From NCBI GenBank assembly GCA_045105515.1, contig JBGCDR010000181.1, positions 1-64,000 of the forward strand: a DNA stretch of 64,000 nt, written 5' to 3'. How positions within the stretch are numbered: the first letter of the stretch is position 1; the number at the start of each line of letters is the position of its first letter. Source of the stretch: Oligoflexales bacterium. Lineage in GTDB: Bacteria; Bdellovibrionota_B; Oligoflexia; Oligoflexales; Bog-1112. Of this stretch, positions 61,151 to 64,000 are shown piece by piece. A program made the translations under genes and the position numbers. The notes under the pieces were generated by a model. The model searched no databases. It was not told the DNA's origin and worked only from the letters and a program-made list of their open reading frames with translations.

Positions 61151-61592
61151 AAAAACCGCCTATTGCAGGGCCAGCAGCTTCCACTGTCCATGACAAAGGC
61201 TTGCATAGTTTAAGAATATACCGGGACACTTCTTGCCCATCTTCTGTTTTCATAATAAGGCGGATATCGGTCAGACTCGCTCTGGTTTCTGAAGCTTTTT
61301 TTGCCCATAGATATAAAGAAGGATCTGTAACAAAGTCTCTCTTCAAACTCACGCGCGTGAAAGTTTCATCAGCACTTTGTCGCTGAGAAGTGAGGTCTCT
61401 AAGATCGTTGATATGGTCAAAGGTTCCATAGTCAAGACCATCAATCTCTATGTGAGTTTTAGTTTGAAGAGGCGTAAATTTTGCCGACACACCACTTGTG
61501 AGTGAAAAAGCCAAACCTAAAGTAAAGACTACAACCCCAAGCACTGCAAGAACCCAAGAAACGCTCCTTAAACTTTTGTTTTCTCTATGCAC
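61107..61592 (-). CDS. Phage tail-tube (T4 gp19/eCIS tube-like) domain protein with N-terminal signal or TM segment
   Basis: IEIDG...GTF...VSLKRDFVTDPSLYLW...IRLIMKTEDGQEVSRYILKLCKPLSW...EKVDLAVQEI follows the gp19 pattern; N-terminal hydrophobic helix ending VSA. Confidence 0.72.
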   Translation of the reverse strand: MHRENKSLRSVSWVLAVLGVVVFTLGLAFSLTSGVSAKFTPLQTKTHIEIDGLDYGTFDHINDLRDLTSQRQSADETFTRVSLKRDFVTDPSLYLWAKKASETRASLTDIRLIMKTEDGQEVSRYILKLCKPLSWTVEAAGPAIGGFYEKVDLAVQEIAIF

Positions 61593-61725
61593 TACCTGTT
61601 GCCTACTTTCTAATAAATATTGCCTTATTAACTAAAGAATACCACATACACTACAAGCAATCCAACACCACACAGCAGAACGGAATCATCTATATGTATG
61701 GGACGCTCTTTTCCACATGGCCTAC

Positions 61726-61752
61726 GCATCGGTAAAAGTAACACAAGCTTTA
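61726..61752 (-). promoter_or_regulatory. Putative sigma28 promoter
   Basis: TAAAG-N14-ACCGATGC upstream of the tail-tube-like gene. Confidence 0.45.
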
Positions 61753-61872
61753 CCGGGGAAAGGCCTCCCAGATTTCACATAGTATTATAATAAGCTAAAA
61801 AAATAAAAAGAATTCACCAGATTTCAGCCACTACCAAACTAAATTTTAGCAGACATTGGCTTTGGCTTTGCA

Positions 61873-62817
61873 CTAGGATTCTAAAGATTCTTTGATCAAA
61901 TCTTTCAACTCTTGTCTATGTTGACTAGGAAATTCTCGATCAGCAAGAAGAGAGTCTGCCTGACGCCTAAAGGCTTCTTTTTGATCCATAGCTAAATGAG
62001 CTTGGGCAGCATGGGCCTTGAGCTTCCATGGGATATTGGAAAAAGATTTCTCTGCTTCCCAGACAATAGGAGGAATTCTGTCATAATCACCAGCTACCCC
62101 AAGGGCTCCTGTGTACTCTACCAAGAAAGTGGCCTCTCGTTCGCCTGATTGGTAAAAGGGTTCAAGATAGGAAGCCTTAGACTGCTGATTGCTCTGTTCA
62201 TCTAAATCCGCGACAAGCGATTTTCCAGCCCATGAATGTAGGTCATCCGCTCGAGCCCATAGCTCAGCAACATGATCTTGCTCTGCTTCTGATAAATAAG
62301 TATAGAAAAGCTCCCAGAGTGGGAAATGATTAGGACAAGCTTTTAAGCCTGCTTTGATCCACGCAACAGACTCCTCCCATCTCTTGTCGTGATGCATAAT
62401 CTGAACTACGTTTACATAGGGAGCGGGCTCACTGGGATGCAACTTGTGAGCATCAAAAAAACAAAGCTCAGCACGGCTTAGCTCACCGCAGTACATGGCA
62501 GCCAATCCCTCGATATAAAGACCTCGAAAATCTCTTCGTGACCATTGTTGAAGGTTGAGGTCAACAAGCTTAAGTACAAGGATTGAAAGATCCATGCCCA
62601 GGAGTTCATCCATCAGATCAACCATACTTTTTTCATCTGTAACTTGATGGTCTTTCATGTAAGCCAACAAGTAATCAACGAAATCTGTTTTCAGTTCCGC
62701 GACCACAACATCAGTCTTAAACCCTGAATATTCTGACTTAGAAATTCCTAGCCACTGACGCAGTTTTGGCCCCATCGGATAGTGATTCCAAGAGTTTTTT
62801 TCTGAGGGATTCATCAA
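61873..62817 (-). CDS. TPR-containing hypothetical protein
   Basis: [26 protein letters not shown]; 4-nt overlap with aspS. Confidence 0.7.
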   Translation of the reverse strand: MMNPSEKNSWNHYPMGPKLRQWLGISKSEYSGFKTDVVVAELKTDFVDYLLAYMKDHQVTDEKSMVDLMDELLGMDLSILVLKLVDLNLQQWSRRDFRGLYIEGLAAMYCGELSRAELCFFDAHKLHPSEPAPYVNVVQIMHHDKRWEESVAWIKAGLKACPNHFPLWELFYTYLSEAEQDHVAELWARADDLHSWAGKSLVADLDEQSNQQSKASYLEPFYQSGEREATFLVEYTGALGVAGDYDRIPPIVWEAEKSFSNIPWKLKAHAAQAHLAMDQKEAFRRQADSLLADREFPSQHRQELKDLIKESLES

Positions 62818-64000
62818 TCCTCCTGTTTTGGGTCAGCAAGCAAAATCCCTAAGTCATCAAGTGAAGGCTTAGGTACCGGAGATGGAGCCTCTGTCATTAA
62901 ACAGCTCGCTTTTTGAGTTTTTGGAAAAGCGATCACATCTCTGATTGCATCACAGCCTGTTAACAGCATTACAAGTCGGTCTAGTCCGAAAGCAATACCA
63001 CCATGAGGAGGGGCACCAAATTTAAGCGCTTCCAATAAAAATCCAAACTTTTTCTCGGCTTCTTCCGGGGTCATACCTATTGTTGCAAACACCTTAGCCT
63101 GAATCTCAGGTTTGTGTATTCTGATCGAACCGCCCGCAATTTCATAGCCATTACACACAAGATCATATGCTGCAGCACGCACCTTCTGTGGTGCCGTGTC
63201 AAGCAAATGGAGGTCTTCTTCCCTAGGCATACAAAAAGGGTGATGTCGTGCTGACCATTTACCTGTAGTCTCATCCTGTTCCATCAAGGGAAACTCAGTA
63301 ACCCAAAGAAAATTTAAGGTTTCCTTGTTAAACAGTTGCAGTTCTGTACCCAAATGATTTCTAAGAGCGGATAAACTAGCCTTTACAGTTTCATACTTGC
63401 CAGCACCGAACAAGACCAGATCATTAGGCTCGAGTCCAATTTTAGTTTCGAAGCTTTGAACAAATTCATCATTAAAGAACTTGCTTATAGGCGACTGCCA
63501 GCTAGCTATCCCAGTCCCTGTTTTTTTCTTTAGCCAAGCCAAGCCATTTGAGCCATGATGTTTGGCAAGCTCAGTAAGCTCATCAATTTTCTTTCGAGAA
63601 TAGGTTTCCGCAGCATTCTTAACAACTATGGCATTAACAATTCCTCCGGTACTGACAGCATCCCTGAATACTTTGAATTCACAACCCTCAGCCAATGTCG
63701 TAAGATCGTTCAGCTTCAAATCAAAACGAGTATCTGGCTTATCACAACCGTATTCTTCCATTGCTTGTGCATAGGTCATATGAGGAATCTCTGCAACGAC
63801 CTCTTCCTGAAAGAACTCATTAACGAGTTCTTTAGTCAAGGCTGTAACCGTTGCTATAACCTCAGATTCATCTACAAAAGACATCTCACAATCAATCTGT
63901 GTGAACTCAGGCTGCCGGTCTGCACGCAAGTCCTCATCACGAAAGCACTTAACAATCTGGTAATACCTATCAAAACCACTGATCATATATATTTGTTTGA
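62814..64000 (-). CDS. aspS: Aspartate--tRNA ligase (5'-truncated by the window edge)
   Basis: [22 protein letters not shown] insert, [18 protein letters not shown]; frame stays open upstream (KQIYMISG). Confidence 0.97.
   Translation of the reverse strand, partial: KQIYMISGFDRYYQIVKCFRDEDLRADRQPEFTQIDCEMSFVDESEVIATVTALTKELVNEFFQEEVVAEIPHMTYAQAMEEYGCDKPDTRFDLKLNDLTTLAEGCEFKVFRDAVSTGGIVNAIVVKNAAETYSRKKIDELTELAKHHGSNGLAWLKKKTGTGIASWQSPISKFFNDEFVQSFETKIGLEPNDLVLFGAGKYETVKASLSALRNHLGTELQLFNKETLNFLWVTEFPLMEQDETTGKWSARHHPFCMPREEDLHLLDTAPQKVRAAAYDLVCNGYEIAGGSIRIHKPEIQAKVFATIGMTPEEAEKKFGFLLEALKFGAPPHGGIAFGLDRLVMLLTGCDAIRDVIAFPKTQKASCLMTEAPSPVPKPSLDDLGILLADPKQED

Noticed and set aside
61107..61592. 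Prophage, T6SS or eCIS locus
   Set aside because: No sheath, baseplate, VgrG/PAAR, capsid, terminase or integrase genes in the window; the flanks are housekeeping genes
61690..61715. c-di-GMP-I riboswitch (GGGACGC)
   Set aside because: Wrong strand for the downstream gene and lacks the GGCAAAC/GCAAAG/CTAA elements

Overview
AT-rich, gene-dense bacterial chromosomal segment. The gene content (scpA-scpB-rluB, recN, pyrF, lpxC, dnaK, tgt, arginase, miaB, ffh, partial aspS, tRNA-Glu and tRNA-Lys, many lipoproteins, TPR proteins and outer-membrane barrels) fits a Gram-negative of Bdellovibrionota/Oligoflexia type. That assignment is my inference, not a database result. I saw no CRISPR array, rRNA, integrase, transposase or prophage. 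Most notable: (1) an orphan phage/eCIS tail-tube (T4 gp19-like) protein that has gained an N-terminal export or anchor segment, appears to lack the inter-ring stacking hairpin, is coupled to a large lipoprotein and follows a sigma28-like promoter; (2) a Chlamydia/Rickettsia-type ATP/ADP translocase (NTT) with a long, possibly structured leader; (3) a TetR-TPR operon with an apparently degenerate thiolase/FadJ-like pair, divergent from FadL/TraF-like barrels; (4) tandem CheX-like proteins sharing a C-terminal GDIDFL tail beside CheY and a kinase-less PAS protein; (5) a complete sigma54 promoter architecture upstream of lpxC; (6) a barrel plus lipoprotein-SGNH two-gene module; (7) a family of GTCAT...ATGAC palindromic interspersed repeats. 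All family assignments come from motif recognition by eye.
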